Of a stretch of 59,498 nt of DNA, positions 35,509 through 46,802 are shown in pieces. The position numbers and the translations under genes are program-made. The DNA lies in assembly GCA_913061285.1 (NCBI GenBank), contig CAJXVR010000004.1, positions 1-59,498 on the forward strand, written 5' to 3'. How positions within the stretch are numbered: the first letter of the stretch is position 1; each line of letters starts with the position of its first letter. This DNA is from an uncultured Verrucomicrobiota bacterium. Lineage in GTDB: Bacteria; Verrucomicrobiota; Verrucomicrobiia; Limisphaerales; AAA164-E04. The notes below the pieces were generated by a model. That model saw only the letters and a list, made by a program, of their open reading frames with translations, was not told where the DNA came from and ran no database searches.

Positions 35509-38500
35509 CGTTCGTTTTTTGTAGAAGGGCAATGATTTGTTTCATGTCGAAATTGGCTGCAAGTTCACCGAGATGTTCGGCGAATAATTCAGCCTCAGGG
35601 CTTATCACTTTGACCTGTTCGAGAAGTTCTTTGAATTCGGTGGTTTGGTAGCCTTCGGCAGCTCGACGAAGTTCTCGGAGAAGACTAGCGGGAATGTCGG
35701 GAGTCGATTGGTCTTCGTCCCAATCGATGATTGGGGGTTCCGTTGCATTGATGAATTCTAGCGCGAGAAGACGTTCCAGGCAGTGGACGAGATCCTCGAT
35801 GAGAAAGGGCTTCGAGATAAAGGCGTCGAAACCCGCTTCGTTGTAGGAGGATTCCTCATGCGATAATGTCGAGGCTGAGATAGCGACGGTCTTCACGTGG
35901 CGATTGTTATTCGGTAGCTGACGAATCTGCTCGATGGCTTCGAATCCATCCAGTTTGGGCATGCGTATGTCGAGGAAAACGATATCGAACTCGGAGTCTT
36001 GAAGCCTCTCTAGCCCTTCACTCCCATCGTTCGCTGTCGATATGGTGGCACCCATGTCCTGAAGGATTTGCCCAAGGACGTGTCGATTCTCAAGGACATC
36101 GTCGACCACCAAGCAGCGGAACGCTCGAGTGCTCGTGAGTTGGAGAGGCGCCGCTTCGGTTGGCTTGCGGTAAAAGGCAGTTGCAGTTTGGCCGTCAGGC
36201 AAAGGGATGCTGAATTCGAAGCACGAACCGGTCTGCTCTTGGGACTCGAAGTGGAAACTGCCTCCCATTAAATCGACATGCCGTTTGGCGATTGCCAATC
36301 CGAGGCCTGTGCCGCCGACGGATGCTGCGTTGGCTCCTTGTTGGAAGGGATTGAGAATGTTTTCTTGTTCGCTCTGTGGAATGCCGCAGCCTGTGTCTTG
36401 AACTTGAAAGGTGTATTGAGTTGTGTCCGAATCGGCGGCTGTCTCGGAGATTTGAATGTTGAGTGTGATCCGTCCTCGGTCGGTAAACTTGGTTGCATTC
36501 GATAAGAGATTGATCAGAACCTGTCGCAACTTTGACTCATCTCCGCGGACAAGGATTGGAGCTCTCGTGTCGTTTGGGTTTTTCCCATCTCGTTCGTCTG
36601 TCCAAATAACTTTCCAGTCCAAGCCTTTTGACTGGCAGCGGACTCGAAACATCGCAGCGAGACTCTCGATGGTGGTGCGAAGATCGAAATCTTCGGCAAC
36701 AAGGTTGACTTGCTCGGCTTCAATCTTTGAGAGATCAAGAATATCATTGATGAGATTGAGAAGGTGCTGCCCGCTCTGCGACATGGTCTGCACGGCGCTT
36801 CGTTGTTTATTGTTTAGCTCAGCGTCACGTAAGAGGATTTGTGCGTACCCTAGGATCGCATTCATGGGGGTACGAATCTCGTGACTCATGTTGGCGAGAA
36901 AAACAGTTTTGGCACGGTTGGCACTTTCGGCCGATTCTTTAGCCTTGTTGAGGGCCAGGTTTTGAGCCTGCTGATCCTGAAGCATTTTTTCTTTCAAGCG
37001 GTGGGTCTGACGTTCCAGGTGCCGGGATGTGCGTCGATTCTGGTAAAATCGCCAACCGTAGGCGAAGGCTGCCCCTGTGATTCCGACGAAGAGCAGGGCG
37101 ATCGGTCCGATTGTCCATGCATTGCGAAACCACGGTTCAATCACGCGAAATTGGAGTTGAGTGGCTCGTGAGTAGTGAAGGTCGCGATTGATTGATTGTG
37201 CCTCGATTAGGTAGTCACCGGGCTCGGTCGGGATCCATTCGAAGAGGTCCGAGACTCGCGGATGGCTCCATTCCGTTGTTTCAGTGGGACCGTGAATGCG
37301 AGTTCGGTATTGACGTTTTTCCGGCCGAGTTTGGAAATCAATACTACTAAACTGCACTGAAACCCGGGTTCCAGTCAGAATGTCCGGGAGCTCGTCCGAT
37401 CGAACTTCGCCTCGGTCGGTTTGGATGGATTGAACCCAGACTTTCGGGCGAACGTCTGATCGTTGGTAGGCGGTGATTCCTTTGCTTGTGTTGAAATAGA
37501 GGGTTCCCTGGCTGTCTTCATTGACGCTGAAGACGCGATTGTCACCAAGGCCATCTCGTTCATCTAACGAGGTCCAAGCTTCGCCGTTGTAACCGATGAC
37601 GCCGTGTCCCCAGGAGGCGAACCAGATCGTTCCTCGGGAATCTCGATAGGCGTCTTCAAATCGGTGTTGCGGCGTGTTATTGGCGTTTTGATGGGTTTGA
37701 AATCGATCGCCATCGTATGAAACGATGCCGCGATAGGTTCCGAACCAGATCCGGCCCAGTTCATCTTGGCTGATACTTTGCACACGGTTACTGGGTAATC
37801 CGTCGCGGGTGGTTAGTTGTTGGAATCCCTCGGCGTTGCCGTACAAGACCCCGCCCTCGCGGGTGGCAATCCAGAGTGTATCTTCTTGGTCTTGAAAGAC
37901 ATCGTAGAACCAGCTGACTTTGAGCTGATTTTCGCTGAGAAAGGTGGTTAGTTGTTGAATGATTGGGTGCTTTTTCTGAAGCCTGAGGTTCGTGCTGAGT
38001 TTGGCGATTTCAGCGTTGGTGCCAATCCATGTCGTCGCGTCTTGGCTCGGGCTAAAACTATGGATTCGGCCGCTTCGAAGGCCTTCGCGTTTGGTGAAGC
38101 GTCTGAATGTTTGATCTCGATAGTGGGCGAGACCGGCGTAGGAAATATGCATGCCTCCGGTGCCAATCCATAGCCCCTCTTGCCCATCCGAGACGATCCT
38201 ACTGATGTGATTACTGGGTAATCCGTCTAACTCTGAATAGTTCCTAATGGCGAGATACTTAGCCCCTTTCTTAGGGCTGACCGCTCGGGAATTGGTTCGG
38301 GTGAATGGCTGGATTCTCGAGAGACCGGATTGACTACCTACCCAGAGATTTTCCTGTTCATCGATATGGCTACTCGCAATGCTGTTCCCTTGAATGCCAT
38401 GGTTTTCGTTGATTGTCGTGAGGGAGGCTTGATACCGAAACAAACCACCGAGACCCGTTGCGAGCCAAATATTGCCACTCAGATCCTTATAGATGGCTTC

Positions 38501-40459
38501 GAATCCTTGAACGGGCTCAGCCATCGTTCCCGTCGCAGGGTAGATGTGTCCTTCGTGGACAATGTAGAGGCGGGACGAAGTTCCAATCCAGATATTATGA
38601 TTCTTATCGGATGCGATGGAGTAGACGTGATTCGACAGTAGGCCATCTTCTCTGGCGTAGTGTTGGACGGATCCCTCGTGAACACAAGTCACCCCTTTTT
38701 CGGTGCCAAGCCAAGTTGCTCCTTCCGCTGTGTGATGAATGGTTTCCACCTGCTCTCCAAGAAGCCCTTCATCGGCTCCGAAGGGCTGAAGCTTGGCTTG
38801 CTCAAGGTAACTTGCTCCGAGGCGGGTTCCAATCCATAGGTTGCCATTCGATGCTGTTTCCAGTGACAGGATATAATGATCGGGTAAGCGTTCGAAGCCC
38901 GATGGTTTTGTAATCTCGTCGTTTTTGAATTGGACGAGGCCCTTGGTTGTTCCGATCCAAAGAATGCCGTCCTTGTCGACTTCGAGCGCGGTGATCCAAT
39001 TGTCTGGAAGCCCATTGTCAGTGCCGAACCGGGTCAGTTGTTGATCTTTCCAACGTGAGAGACCATCCCGTGTTCCGAACCAAAGACTGCGGTCGGAAGT
39101 CTCTGCGATCGCGTTCACGGAGTTATCGGCGAGTCCATCATCGGTGTCCCATGTTTTGAAGTTGCGGCCGTCATAGCGTGAGACGCCACTTCCAGCGATC
39201 TTTCGACTGCTGGACCCAATCCATAGGTACCCTTCGCTATCTTGAAATAGGGTGCGGCTGGCCATGCTCGCCAGATTGTCGACGCCGGTATAGTGATCCC
39301 AATGGCCTTGCCAGGGATCATAGCGATGAAAATCAACACCTGATATCTGAGATGCGGGACCTTGCTGAATCGGTCCGGATTCCCAATGTTCTGTGTTGTG
39401 ATCTCCCCCCGTCGATAGCCTGACGCGGTAACGGCCTTTGTCCAAGTTGGCGAAGCGGTATTTGCCGTCGGTGTCGGTGCTCGTTGTCGCAAGCGGATGC
39501 TTTTTCTGTGTGGTGGTTTCTTGCTCTTCGACAAAGAGGTCGATCGCGGCGTTGCTGAGTGGGTTTTCAGCTGATTCGAAGACACGCCCTTCGATCACTC
39601 CCGGCCAAGCAATCTTTCCGATGGGGCGTTCATCGATGGGGAGCGAGGGGTTGATTTCTAAGCTGCCTCGATAGCCTTGGTTGGTGAAGTGAGCCATAAT
39701 AGGAGGGGAGAAGCTTTCTGGAATCACCAAGGTGTAGAGTCCTCTGTTGTTGGCTCCTGATCGAACTGAATGGCCCTGGCTGTCTGTTGCTGTGACGGCC
39801 GTCCACGATGCCTGACTGCCATTAGCAAAGACGATTCGACCGACGTGGATGCTCGATTTGGCGGGTTGGGGACGAATCGCTAGGTGCCAGTCCCGCGTGC
39901 CATTATGGCATTCAACTAAACAGGTGTTGAGTCCCGCTTGGAGTTCCGCGGTGAAGATGAACTCGTCTGGGATAATTCGATAGGGACTGATGGCCCGACA
40001 GACGAGCGTTCCATTGATCCATACCCTGGCTTCGTCGTTCACTCCTAGGAGAAATGTCTGTGTTCCAGCTTTATCGCTCTGAATTAACGAGATGAGATAG
40101 GCGTCAGCATGGGAGTGTGCCCCGGCGAGAGTCTTGAGATTAAGATATCCGCCTGCTTTGGAAGTTGAACGCCATGCTTTTCCTTCATACTCGTTGAGTC
40201 TTGATGAAGGGGAGAGGAGGCTGAGTTTGTTCCGTCGTTGGAGCCTCGCCTCTTGCGATGAGGCATTGCCGGTAGCTGCAAACGGACCGATCCACAGCCA
40301 GTTTTCAAACTCGTGCCCCTCTGGATAAATTCTATTGACGGGGATTCCTTCACTTACCAGAGGCTTCTCTTGGGCGAGAAGTGGCGAAAATGAAATCGTC
40401 AGGGCCAAGACGAGGCCGAGCTCAAATGGGAGTCGCATAGGATCGCTGACTCGGATCAA
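35501..40459 (-). CDS. Hybrid sensor histidine kinase with periplasmic beta-propeller (Reg_prop/Y_Y_Y-type) sensor
   Basis: Signal peptide; many GL..N.V..I..D..G.LWIGT repeats; TM helix; H-box [10 protein letters not shown]; [10 protein letters not shown]; DTGCGI; GGTGLGLAI; C-terminal REC ([10 protein letters not shown]). Start may be ATG 40438. Confidence 0.93.
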   Translation of the reverse strand: MIRVSDPMRLPFELGLVLALTISFSPLLAQEKPLVSEGIPVNRIYPEGHEFENWLWIGPFAATGNASSQEARLQRRNKLSLLSPSSRLNEYEGKAWRSTSKAGGYLNLKTLAGAHSHADAYLISLIQSDKAGTQTFLLGVNDEARVWINGTLVCRAISPYRIIPDEFIFTAELQAGLNTCLVECHNGTRDWHLAIRPQPAKSSIHVGRIVFANGSQASWTAVTATDSQGHSVRSGANNRGLYTLVIPESFSPPIMAHFTNQGYRGSLEINPSLPIDERPIGKIAWPGVIEGRVFESAENPLSNAAIDLFVEEQETTTQKKHPLATTSTDTDGKYRFANLDKGRYRVRLSTGGDHNTEHWESGPIQQGPASQISGVDFHRYDPWQGHWDHYTGVDNLASMASRTLFQDSEGYLWIGSSSRKIAGSGVSRYDGRNFKTWDTDDGLADNSVNAIAETSDRSLWFGTRDGLSRWKDQQLTRFGTDNGLPDNWITALEVDKDGILWIGTTKGLVQFKNDEITKPSGFERLPDHYILSLETASNGNLWIGTRLGASYLEQAKLQPFGADEGLLGEQVETIHHTAEGATWLGTEKGVTCVHEGSVQHYAREDGLLSNHVYSIASDKNHNIWIGTSSRLYIVHEGHIYPATGTMAEPVQGFEAIYKDLSGNIWLATGLGGLFRYQASLTTINENHGIQGNSIASSHIDEQENLWVGSQSGLSRIQPFTRTNSRAVSPKKGAKYLAIRNYSELDGLPSNHISRIVSDGQEGLWIGTGGMHISYAGLAHYRDQTFRRFTKREGLRSGRIHSFSPSQDATTWIGTNAEIAKLSTNLRLQKKHPIIQQLTTFLSENQLKVSWFYDVFQDQEDTLWIATREGGVLYGNAEGFQQLTTRDGLPSNRVQSISQDELGRIWFGTYRGIVSYDGDRFQTHQNANNTPQHRFEDAYRDSRGTIWFASWGHGVIGYNGEAWTSLDERDGLGDNRVFSVNEDSQGTLYFNTSKGITAYQRSDVRPKVWVQSIQTDRGEVRSDELPDILTGTRVSVQFSSIDFQTRPEKRQYRTRIHGPTETTEWSHPRVSDLFEWIPTEPGDYLIEAQSINRDLHYSRATQLQFRVIEPWFRNAWTIGPIALLFVGITGAAFAYGWRFYQNRRTSRHLERQTHRLKEKMLQDQQAQNLALNKAKESAESANRAKTVFLANMSHEIRTPMNAILGYAQILLRDAELNNKQRSAVQTMSQSGQHLLNLINDILDLSKIEAEQVNLVAEDFDLRTTIESLAAMFRVRCQSKGLDWKVIWTDERDGKNPNDTRAPILVRGDESKLRQVLINLLSNATKFTDRGRITLNIQISETAADSDTTQYTFQVQDTGCGIPQSEQENILNPFQQGANAASVGGTGLGLAIAKRHVDLMGGSFHFESQEQTGSCFEFSIPLPDGQTATAFYRKPTEAAPLQLTSTRAFRCLVVDDVLENRHVLGQILQDMGATISTANDGSEGLERLQDSEFDIVFLDIRMPKLDGFEAIEQIRQLPNNNRHVKTVAISASTLSHEESSYNEAGFDAFISKPFLIEDLVHCLERLLALEFINATEPPIIDWDEDQSTPDIPASLLRELRRAAEGYQTTEFKELLEQVKVISPEAELFAEHLGELAANFDMKQIIALLQKTNDE

Positions 40460-40631
40460 TCGCGGTGGGATGCCCGATTGAGGATTATTTGGGTTTCTGT
40501 TTGGAACTGAGCCATAGGGTCAGTGTGCAGAACTTACGCCAAGTCGTGAATCAATTTTCGAATTCGATGTTTTCGCGTGTTTCCGGTGTGCTCTTGGGGC
40601 TTGTGCGGCCTTGCCTGGAACGAGATTAGGT

Positions 40632-40773
40632 TCCGCGTAGAAGCGATATCCTACGCCTAGCGCCAGCATATAGTCCGCATAGACTCCGCATAGCCGAAGC
40701 TGTTCGACGGGGGTGACTCCTTTTGTGGTTCTCCGCATAGCATCGGTTCATTATCCGCATAGATTCCGCATAG
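40632..40773 (+). repeat. TCCGCATAG direct-repeat cluster, candidate enhancer (UAS)
   Basis: Exact copies at 40674, 40685, 40732, 40754, 40765; one-mismatch copies at 40632 (TCCGCGTAG) and 40928 (ACCGCATAG); spacings of 11 and 22 bp within groups. Confidence 0.8.
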
Positions 40774-40886
40774 CTGCCTTGGTTAAATTTTGATTTTTTT
40801 CTGGAGAAGTTTTTGTTCTGAGTTTTGCCGTTTTTGTTGGAGATTCCGTTCTTTTTGTCTCTGGTCGAGTCGCGCCACTCGAAGGC

Positions 40887-40902
40887 TGGCATGCCTCGTG
40901 CA
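40887..40902 (+). promoter_or_regulatory. Sigma54 (-24/-12) promoter
   Basis: TGGCATGCCTCGTGCA fits TGGCACG-N4-TTGCW with exact GG-N10-GC spacing, about 50 bp upstream of the 587-aa gene. Confidence 0.75.
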
Positions 40903-40949
40903 TTATGGGGTTTGTTGACACGAATTGACCGCATAGAACGAGAGAAACC

Positions 40950-42713
40950 ATGATTAGTATGAACAAAACCATAGAGGATGCTCAAAATCCATTTCGAATG
41001 TTAAGGGCCATACGGTATTGGCTGCAAATTGCGGGAGGGTGCTTCAGTTCAGCGATGCTGATTGCGGCTCCGACTGATCACTTGGATCGGGGCTTGGACT
41101 TGGTTGAACATATTCTAGAGCATCAAGAGATGGGGGAATTTGTGAATGACCAGAATGAGGAGATCAATAGCTACGGTGGAAGCTGGGGGCAGGGTACGGT
41201 CAATGTTGAGCTAGGAGATCACGATGCCAATGTGATGCCCTTCAACCGCTCGATGTGCGGATCGTTCGTCACGAAGCTCTTGAACCAATCCTACAATTGG
41301 GATTGGACGGACCATCCGTTTCATGATGATCTTCTCAATGTTCCGGTAGTGACGGCTAGCCCCAACGCTCACCGATATATGGAACTGATTCTCGAGGGAA
41401 AAGGCTTCAAGTTTCAGATTGATAATATCGGTGATATCTTGCCTGGAGACGTGATGGTGAAGCGCAACCTGAATCCAACACGTGGCCACGTGTGGTTAGT
41501 CAAGGAGGTGCATCTCGGGAATCCCATGGTATATCCTGTGAATCATGCCAATAGCTGGCCTGAGTTTAGCGGTATGACCTATTATGAAGTCGATGTGCTC
41601 GATTGCTCAGAAGGTTATCATAGCAACGATTCTCGGAAAGTGCTTGTGAATAATGTGGTGCACAACACTCATGGTGCGGGTGTTGGTACCATCGGGATCA
41701 TGGTTGATGGAAATGGCACGATTACAGGGCACTCATGGAGTCTTCCGAATTCTGACTACAATCAAGTCTTGGGTGGATGGGTGAACGGTGTGAATAGTCG
41801 CCTTGAATTGTTGGATGAGACTCAGTTTGTGGTTGCTCGGTTGGATTTGCCTGAGGATGAAGACGACGAAGAGGAAAGCGGAGGAGGCGTTCATCCACAG
41901 GATCTTGATATTAAGGCACCTATCATTCCCTGTTACCTCGATCTGGGAATAACCTTGAATGAACAGATTGAGGAAATGCATGCCCTCGGTATCGACTCGG
42001 ATAGCAATGGCACGCCTCTGAACCAGTTTGGCGGGAGATGGAAAAGCTCCACTGACCCATCCTACGTTCGGTTGGCTGATTTGGAGCGAGGAATCTTTCC
42101 TGGGAATAATACCAAAGGGGCTTCGCTGGTGACTTGCTTGTTGAAGGAAGCCTGCGATTGGAGCTGGTGGGACTATATGTTTATTGACTCTGAGACTGGG
42201 CGGGCAACGCGAAGCTCAAGCCCGACTTCAAGTCGGTATGTGGATCTTATTGAACAGGGTATCGGCTTTGAAACTGAAATTAGTGATCTATCAGAGGTAT
42301 TGCCCGGCGATGTGATTGCAATCCGAACCTTGTCTGATTGGTCTGGGCATTCAGCGATTGTTGAGTCCATCGATTGGGCTAGTGCCAGAGCCTTTCCTCT
42401 TGAGAGTCGAGTTTTGACGTCCGGTCTAGAAGGGGGATGGATTGTTCCGGTGACTGTTCTTGATTCGACTCGTTATCCTCACAGCGCAGACAGTCGAGAT
42501 TCTCAAGACGGGGCGAGTGGATCGATTGAAGGACTCGGGATAGGAACGATGGGGATCGTCATGAATCCCTCCTACGAGATCATTGGGCATTGCTGGTCAT
42601 TGCCTAGTGCCGACTACCTCGGTGACCCCGAGCGATGGAGATCGCAATTCCTCAGCCGATTCAAGCCGCAGACGGAACGCAAGATTGTGATCGGACGGTT
42701 CCAAGGAAAATAA
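40950..42713 (+). CDS. Hypothetical secreted protein with two tandem NlpC/P60(papain)-like domains
   Basis: Internal duplication: ILPGDVM..GHVWLV..VDVLDCS..HSNDSR..GAGVGTIGI..GHSWSLP versus VLPGDVI..GHSAIV..VTVLDST..HSADSR..GLGIGTMGI..GHCWSLP; acidic linker EDEDDEEESGGG. Start may be 40959 or 40998. Fold call is inference. Confidence 0.7.
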   Translation: MISMNKTIEDAQNPFRMLRAIRYWLQIAGGCFSSAMLIAAPTDHLDRGLDLVEHILEHQEMGEFVNDQNEEINSYGGSWGQGTVNVELGDHDANVMPFNRSMCGSFVTKLLNQSYNWDWTDHPFHDDLLNVPVVTASPNAHRYMELILEGKGFKFQIDNIGDILPGDVMVKRNLNPTRGHVWLVKEVHLGNPMVYPVNHANSWPEFSGMTYYEVDVLDCSEGYHSNDSRKVLVNNVVHNTHGAGVGTIGIMVDGNGTITGHSWSLPNSDYNQVLGGWVNGVNSRLELLDETQFVVARLDLPEDEDDEEESGGGVHPQDLDIKAPIIPCYLDLGITLNEQIEEMHALGIDSDSNGTPLNQFGGRWKSSTDPSYVRLADLERGIFPGNNTKGASLVTCLLKEACDWSWWDYMFIDSETGRATRSSSPTSSRYVDLIEQGIGFETEISDLSEVLPGDVIAIRTLSDWSGHSAIVESIDWASARAFPLESRVLTSGLEGGWIVPVTVLDSTRYPHSADSRDSQDGASGSIEGLGIGTMGIVMNPSYEIIGHCWSLPSADYLGDPERWRSQFLSRFKPQTERKIVIGRFQGK

Positions 42714-42728
42714 CTTGGTCAATCCAAG

Positions 42729-42767
42729 GGTGGGGTTCACTGAGATTTAGTGAACCCCACCTTTTTT
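42729..42767 (+). terminator. Rho-independent terminator
   Basis: 13-bp stem GGTGGGGTTCACT / AGTGAACCCCACC followed by T6. Confidence 0.9.
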
Positions 42768-43024
42768 GATTAGAACACGGGGTTGGGAATACTCGGGAGA
42801 CGCTTGCTGACAAGGGGAGTCTCCTTGTTTCGATTCCTGATTGGATGAGGCTTGATCAACGGGGTTCGGTGCCGGTTGGGAATCGGGATAGTCCAGATCT
42901 TGCGCAATCAGAATCAGACGTTGTTGATTTGCTTCTGCCTCATTCCTGTCTGCTCCGGCCGCTCTCTGTTAGCGTGCAATCGCTTAACGGCTAACTTGTC
43001 TTCGTCTTTGAACCGAGTTGAAAA

Positions 43025-44425
43025 CTAACGTCCGAGCATCTTTGTTGGGTCGACCCACTCGGTGAATTGTTCGTCGGTTAGTAGCTTCAGGTCGATGGCT
43101 GCTTCTCTAAGCGTTGAGTTTTCCTGATGGGCTTTCTTGGCGATCTTGGCGGCATTTTCATAGCCGATATGAGTGTTGAGCGCCGTGACGAGCATCAGTG
43201 AATTCTCTAAATTCTTGGCTATCTCTGGGTGATTGGGCTCAAGTCCGATCGCGCAATTGTCATTGAACGATTGGCAGGCATCTCCAAGGTTGCGGGCGGC
43301 CATAAGAAGATTAAATATCATGACTGGTTTGAAAACGTTGAGTTCAAAATGACCTGTCATACCTCCGACGTTAATGGCAGCGTCGTTTCCGATCACTTGC
43401 GCACAAACCATGGTTAGGGCTTCGCATTGGGTTGGGTTGACCTTGCCCGGCATGATCGAAGAGCCGGGTTCATTCGCGGGGATGATCACTTCGCCAATGC
43501 CACAACGGGGGCCGGAAGCGAGCATTCGAATGTCATTGCCAATTTTCATCAGGCTGACGGCAAGCATCTTGAGGGCGCCACTTGCCTCGACGATGGCGTC
43601 ATGGGCGGCAAGGGCCTCAAACTTGTTGGGAGCCGTGACGAAGGGGAGGCTGCTGAGAGAGGCGATTTTCTCAGCGACCTTTTCTGAGAATCCGGGAGGG
43701 GTGTTCAGTCCGGTGCCGACTGCGGTACCGCCAAGTGCGAGTTCAGAGAGATGTCCGAGGGTGGAATTGAGAGCGCGTAGGCCATGATCAAGTTGGGCAA
43801 CGTATCCTGAGAGTTCTTGCCCAAGAGTGAGTGGCGTAGCGTCCATGAAATGGGTGCGGCCGATCTTTACGACATCTTTGTAATCCTCGGCTTTTTTTGC
43901 GAGCGTGTCGCGAAGGAGGGTCACTTTGGGGACCGTGGTGCCAACGATCATTTGGTAGGCTGCGATGTGCATTGCCGTGGGAAAGGTATCGTTGGATGAT
44001 TGTGACTTGTTGACGTCGTCGTTGGGGTGGAGGGCCTTGCTCGCATCGGTTAATTGGCCCCCGTTGATGACGTGACCCCGATTCGCGACCACTTCGTTGA
44101 CATTCATGTTGCTTTGAGTTCCTGAGCCTGTCTGCCAGACCACCAGAGGAAACTCCTCATCGAGGGCGCCGGAAAGAATCTCGTCGCAGGCTTGGGCAAT
44201 AAGCGATGCTTTGGATGCGTCGAGAACCCCGCAATCGGCATTGGTCAGGGCAGCTGCTTTCTTGAGAATGGCAAATGCCGAGATGATTTCTTTCGGCATG
44301 TACTGTTCTCCGATTCGGAAATTCTCTTTGGAACGTTGCGTCTGGGCGCCCCAGTAGCGGTTTGCGGGGACTTGAACCTCGCCCATGGTGTCTTTTTCGA
44401 TTCGAAACTCAGATGCTTCCTGCAT
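43025..44425 (-). CDS. fumC: Class II fumarate hydratase
   Basis: [51 protein letters not shown]; ATG 44425 preferred to upstream TTG 44461. Confidence 0.98.
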   Translation of the reverse strand: MQEASEFRIEKDTMGEVQVPANRYWGAQTQRSKENFRIGEQYMPKEIISAFAILKKAAALTNADCGVLDASKASLIAQACDEILSGALDEEFPLVVWQTGSGTQSNMNVNEVVANRGHVINGGQLTDASKALHPNDDVNKSQSSNDTFPTAMHIAAYQMIVGTTVPKVTLLRDTLAKKAEDYKDVVKIGRTHFMDATPLTLGQELSGYVAQLDHGLRALNSTLGHLSELALGGTAVGTGLNTPPGFSEKVAEKIASLSSLPFVTAPNKFEALAAHDAIVEASGALKMLAVSLMKIGNDIRMLASGPRCGIGEVIIPANEPGSSIMPGKVNPTQCEALTMVCAQVIGNDAAINVGGMTGHFELNVFKPVMIFNLLMAARNLGDACQSFNDNCAIGLEPNHPEIAKNLENSLMLVTALNTHIGYENAAKIAKKAHQENSTLREAAIDLKLLTDEQFTEWVDPTKMLGR

Positions 44426-44543
44426 GGGATGAGTGTAGTGAGAAGCGGAGTCCGGATTCAAGGATCTCGATGGATGATTTCTTGAGCGTGCGAAGAAGAC
44501 GTGACAATTACAGTCCTGAGGTAGGTTTTTCAGGGCGGGACAG

Positions 44544-44579
44544 AAAAAGGCGCAGTATCCTTTCGGGATACTGCGCCTT
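44544..44579 (-). terminator. Rho-independent terminator after sulfatase
   Basis: Minus strand AAGGCGCAGTATCC-CGAAA-GGATACTGCGCCTT ending in a T run. Confidence 0.85.
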
Positions 44580-44604
44580 AGCGATTCGATTGCTGGCTAT
44601 GAGA

Positions 44605-46206
44605 CTAATTGCGAGCCCGCATCTGGGCTTTCCAGGTATCTGGTTTCTCGCTGATATCGCTATCCTCTTCGTAATATTCCTGGAGGGCAATCAGCTGGGC
44701 CTTCAATTGGTTGGCAAGATTGTTGTGCTGGGCCTTGCCGTAGAGATTTGTGAGCTCGTCTGGATCTGTCTTGAGGTCGTAGAGTTCCCATTCGTCTCCA
44801 AACTGATAAAAATGCATTAGCTTATGGCGTTCGGTGCGAATCCCGTAGTGGCGAGGGACCATGTGAACGCTCGGATATTCGTAGTAATGGTAATAGATGC
44901 TCTCGCGCCAATCACTCGGAGATTCTCCTTTGAGGAGAGGAACGAGTGATAGCCCTTGCATGTCGTTGGGAATGCTTGCGCCGGCCATTTCGAGGAAAGT
45001 CTCGGCATAGTCCAGGTTCTGAATCAGATGCTTGTCTCGCGATCCTGGCTTGGTCACGCCCGGCCACTTGGCGATGAAAGGCATCATGAGCGACTCCTCA
45101 TACATCCATCGTTTATCATACCAACCGTGATCTCCGATGTAGAATCCTTGGTCTGAGCTATAGATGACGACGGTATTGTCATCTAGTCCAAGCTCCTTGA
45201 GAGCGCCTCGAAGGGTGCCCATGCTCTCATCGACCCCTTTGATGCAGCGAAGATAGTTTTTTGCGTAGCGCTGAAACTTCCAACGGACTAGCTCTTTTCC
45301 TGAGAGGTTGGCTTTGTGGAACGCTTCGTCTTTGGGACCGTAGGCAGCCCGCCAAACCCCGAGTTGGCTTGGGGTCATTCGCTTCATATTCGCCCAGGCT
45401 GATCGGTCTTGACGTTTCTGTGAGGGCGCTTGGTTGAATCCTGGAACGAGATCAACAAAGAGATCGTAGTTGAGATCCATATGCCTATCTATCTCCAGCT
45501 CTTGGTAGCGGGCCGGTGGGGCGTTGTCTTCCCAGGAGTCAAAGAGTGTGGCGGGCTCAGGAATATCGACGTCATCGTAGAGGTGAAGGTGTCGGAGGGC
45601 TGGCATCCAATTCCGGTGAGGAGCTTTGTGCTGGACCATGAGCATGAAAGGCTTGTCAGAATCTCGCTTTTCCTTGAGCCAATTCACAGCAAGGTCCGTA
45701 ACCAAGTCGGTGCAGTGCCCCTGTAGTTTTCGGCGGCCATCGGGGAAAATCATATCAGGATTGTAGTAGAGCCCTTGGCCTGGAAGAACAGCCCAGTCGT
45801 CGAAGCCTTGTGGGCGTCCCTTGAGGTGGCTTTTGCCGTAAATTGCAGTCTGATAACCCGTTTTCTGGAGGATCTTCGAAAACGTCTGCTGATTCCAATC
45901 GAAGCTGTTTCCGTTATTCATGAAGCCATTCTTGTGGCTGTGCTTGCCGGAAAGAATCACGGCTCTGCTCGGGCCACAAATGGAGTTGGAACAGAAACTC
46001 TTCTCAAAGAGCATGCCCTCACTAGCCAGTTGATCGATGTTGGGTGTGGGATTAATAGATTTTAGCCATCCGTTATAGGCGCCAATGGCATGGGGTGCGT
46101 GATCGTCGCTGAAGACGAATAGGATGTTGGGCCGGTTGTCTTTGGCCTGCGCCAGTGAAACGATCGCTGTGGCGATTGTGAACAGAGTTAGGAGTCTGGT
46201 TTTCAT
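44605..46206 (-). CDS. Formylglycine-dependent sulfatase (N-acetylglucosamine-6-sulfatase-like)
   Basis: PNILFVFSDDH, CGPSR, HKAPHRNW, SDQGFYIGDHGWYDKRWMYEES; signal peptide. Confidence 0.95.
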   Translation of the reverse strand: MKTRLLTLFTIATAIVSLAQAKDNRPNILFVFSDDHAPHAIGAYNGWLKSINPTPNIDQLASEGMLFEKSFCSNSICGPSRAVILSGKHSHKNGFMNNGNSFDWNQQTFSKILQKTGYQTAIYGKSHLKGRPQGFDDWAVLPGQGLYYNPDMIFPDGRRKLQGHCTDLVTDLAVNWLKEKRDSDKPFMLMVQHKAPHRNWMPALRHLHLYDDVDIPEPATLFDSWEDNAPPARYQELEIDRHMDLNYDLFVDLVPGFNQAPSQKRQDRSAWANMKRMTPSQLGVWRAAYGPKDEAFHKANLSGKELVRWKFQRYAKNYLRCIKGVDESMGTLRGALKELGLDDNTVVIYSSDQGFYIGDHGWYDKRWMYEESLMMPFIAKWPGVTKPGSRDKHLIQNLDYAETFLEMAGASIPNDMQGLSLVPLLKGESPSDWRESIYYHYYEYPSVHMVPRHYGIRTERHKLMHFYQFGDEWELYDLKTDPDELTNLYGKAQHNNLANQLKAQLIALQEYYEEDSDISEKPDTWKAQMRARN

Positions 46207-46338
46207 GTCGTGATTGCTTGGGAAAAGACTATCAATCCAGGGGCTCTCGTCGAGACATTAGGGGAATTTCAACCCCAGTGTTGAGATGACTTCATGGAGT
46301 GTTGCTCCCTAGGTTGGTTTTGCGTTAGCTTTTGAGAA

Positions 46339-46755
46339 GTGAAGCTGACGGTGAAATGTGACTATGCAGCCCGGGCAGTGTTGAGTTTGACTCGACACTA
46401 TGCCTTGGGCCGGGCGGTGCGTGTGGAATCGTTGGCTAAAGAGCAATCAATTCCGCAGAACTATCTGGTTCAAATCTTGATTGAACTGAAGGCGGCCGGG
46501 ATTGTCCGGAGCCAGCGCGGAAAGGATGGGGGCTACCTTCTTGGGCGAGACCCAGGAGAGATTACTTTAGGCGACGTTCTGCGTTGCATTCATGGTGCGG
46601 TGTTTGAACCTCCCCAGGGTGACTCTGCCTGTCCTGAGGAGTTGCGCTTACAGTGGGGCAAGATTCAGTCGGCTTTGGACCACGCGGCTCAGGCAATCAG
46701 TTTTCGGCAGATTGTTGAATCGGCCGGCCGGGATCAGGAGATGTACTATATTTGA
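46339..46755 (+). CDS. Rrf2-family transcriptional regulator, CymR-like
   Basis: YLVQILIELKAAGIVRSQRGKDGGYLL wHTH; lacks the IscR three-Cys cluster; C-terminal MYYI as in CymR. Confidence 0.88.
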   Translation: MKLTVKCDYAARAVLSLTRHYALGRAVRVESLAKEQSIPQNYLVQILIELKAAGIVRSQRGKDGGYLLGRDPGEITLGDVLRCIHGAVFEPPQGDSACPEELRLQWGKIQSALDHAAQAISFRQIVESAGRDQEMYYI

Positions 46756-46802
46756 CGGAATGGTCCGTTTAAAATGAGTGCGAAGAATTGGAGTGTTGTG
46801 TC

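Noticed and set aside
40632-40773. TCCGCATAG repeats as a CRISPR array or replication iterons
   Set aside because: Repeats are 9 bp with 2-38 bp gaps, no unique 30-40 bp spacers, and no cas or rep gene nearby.
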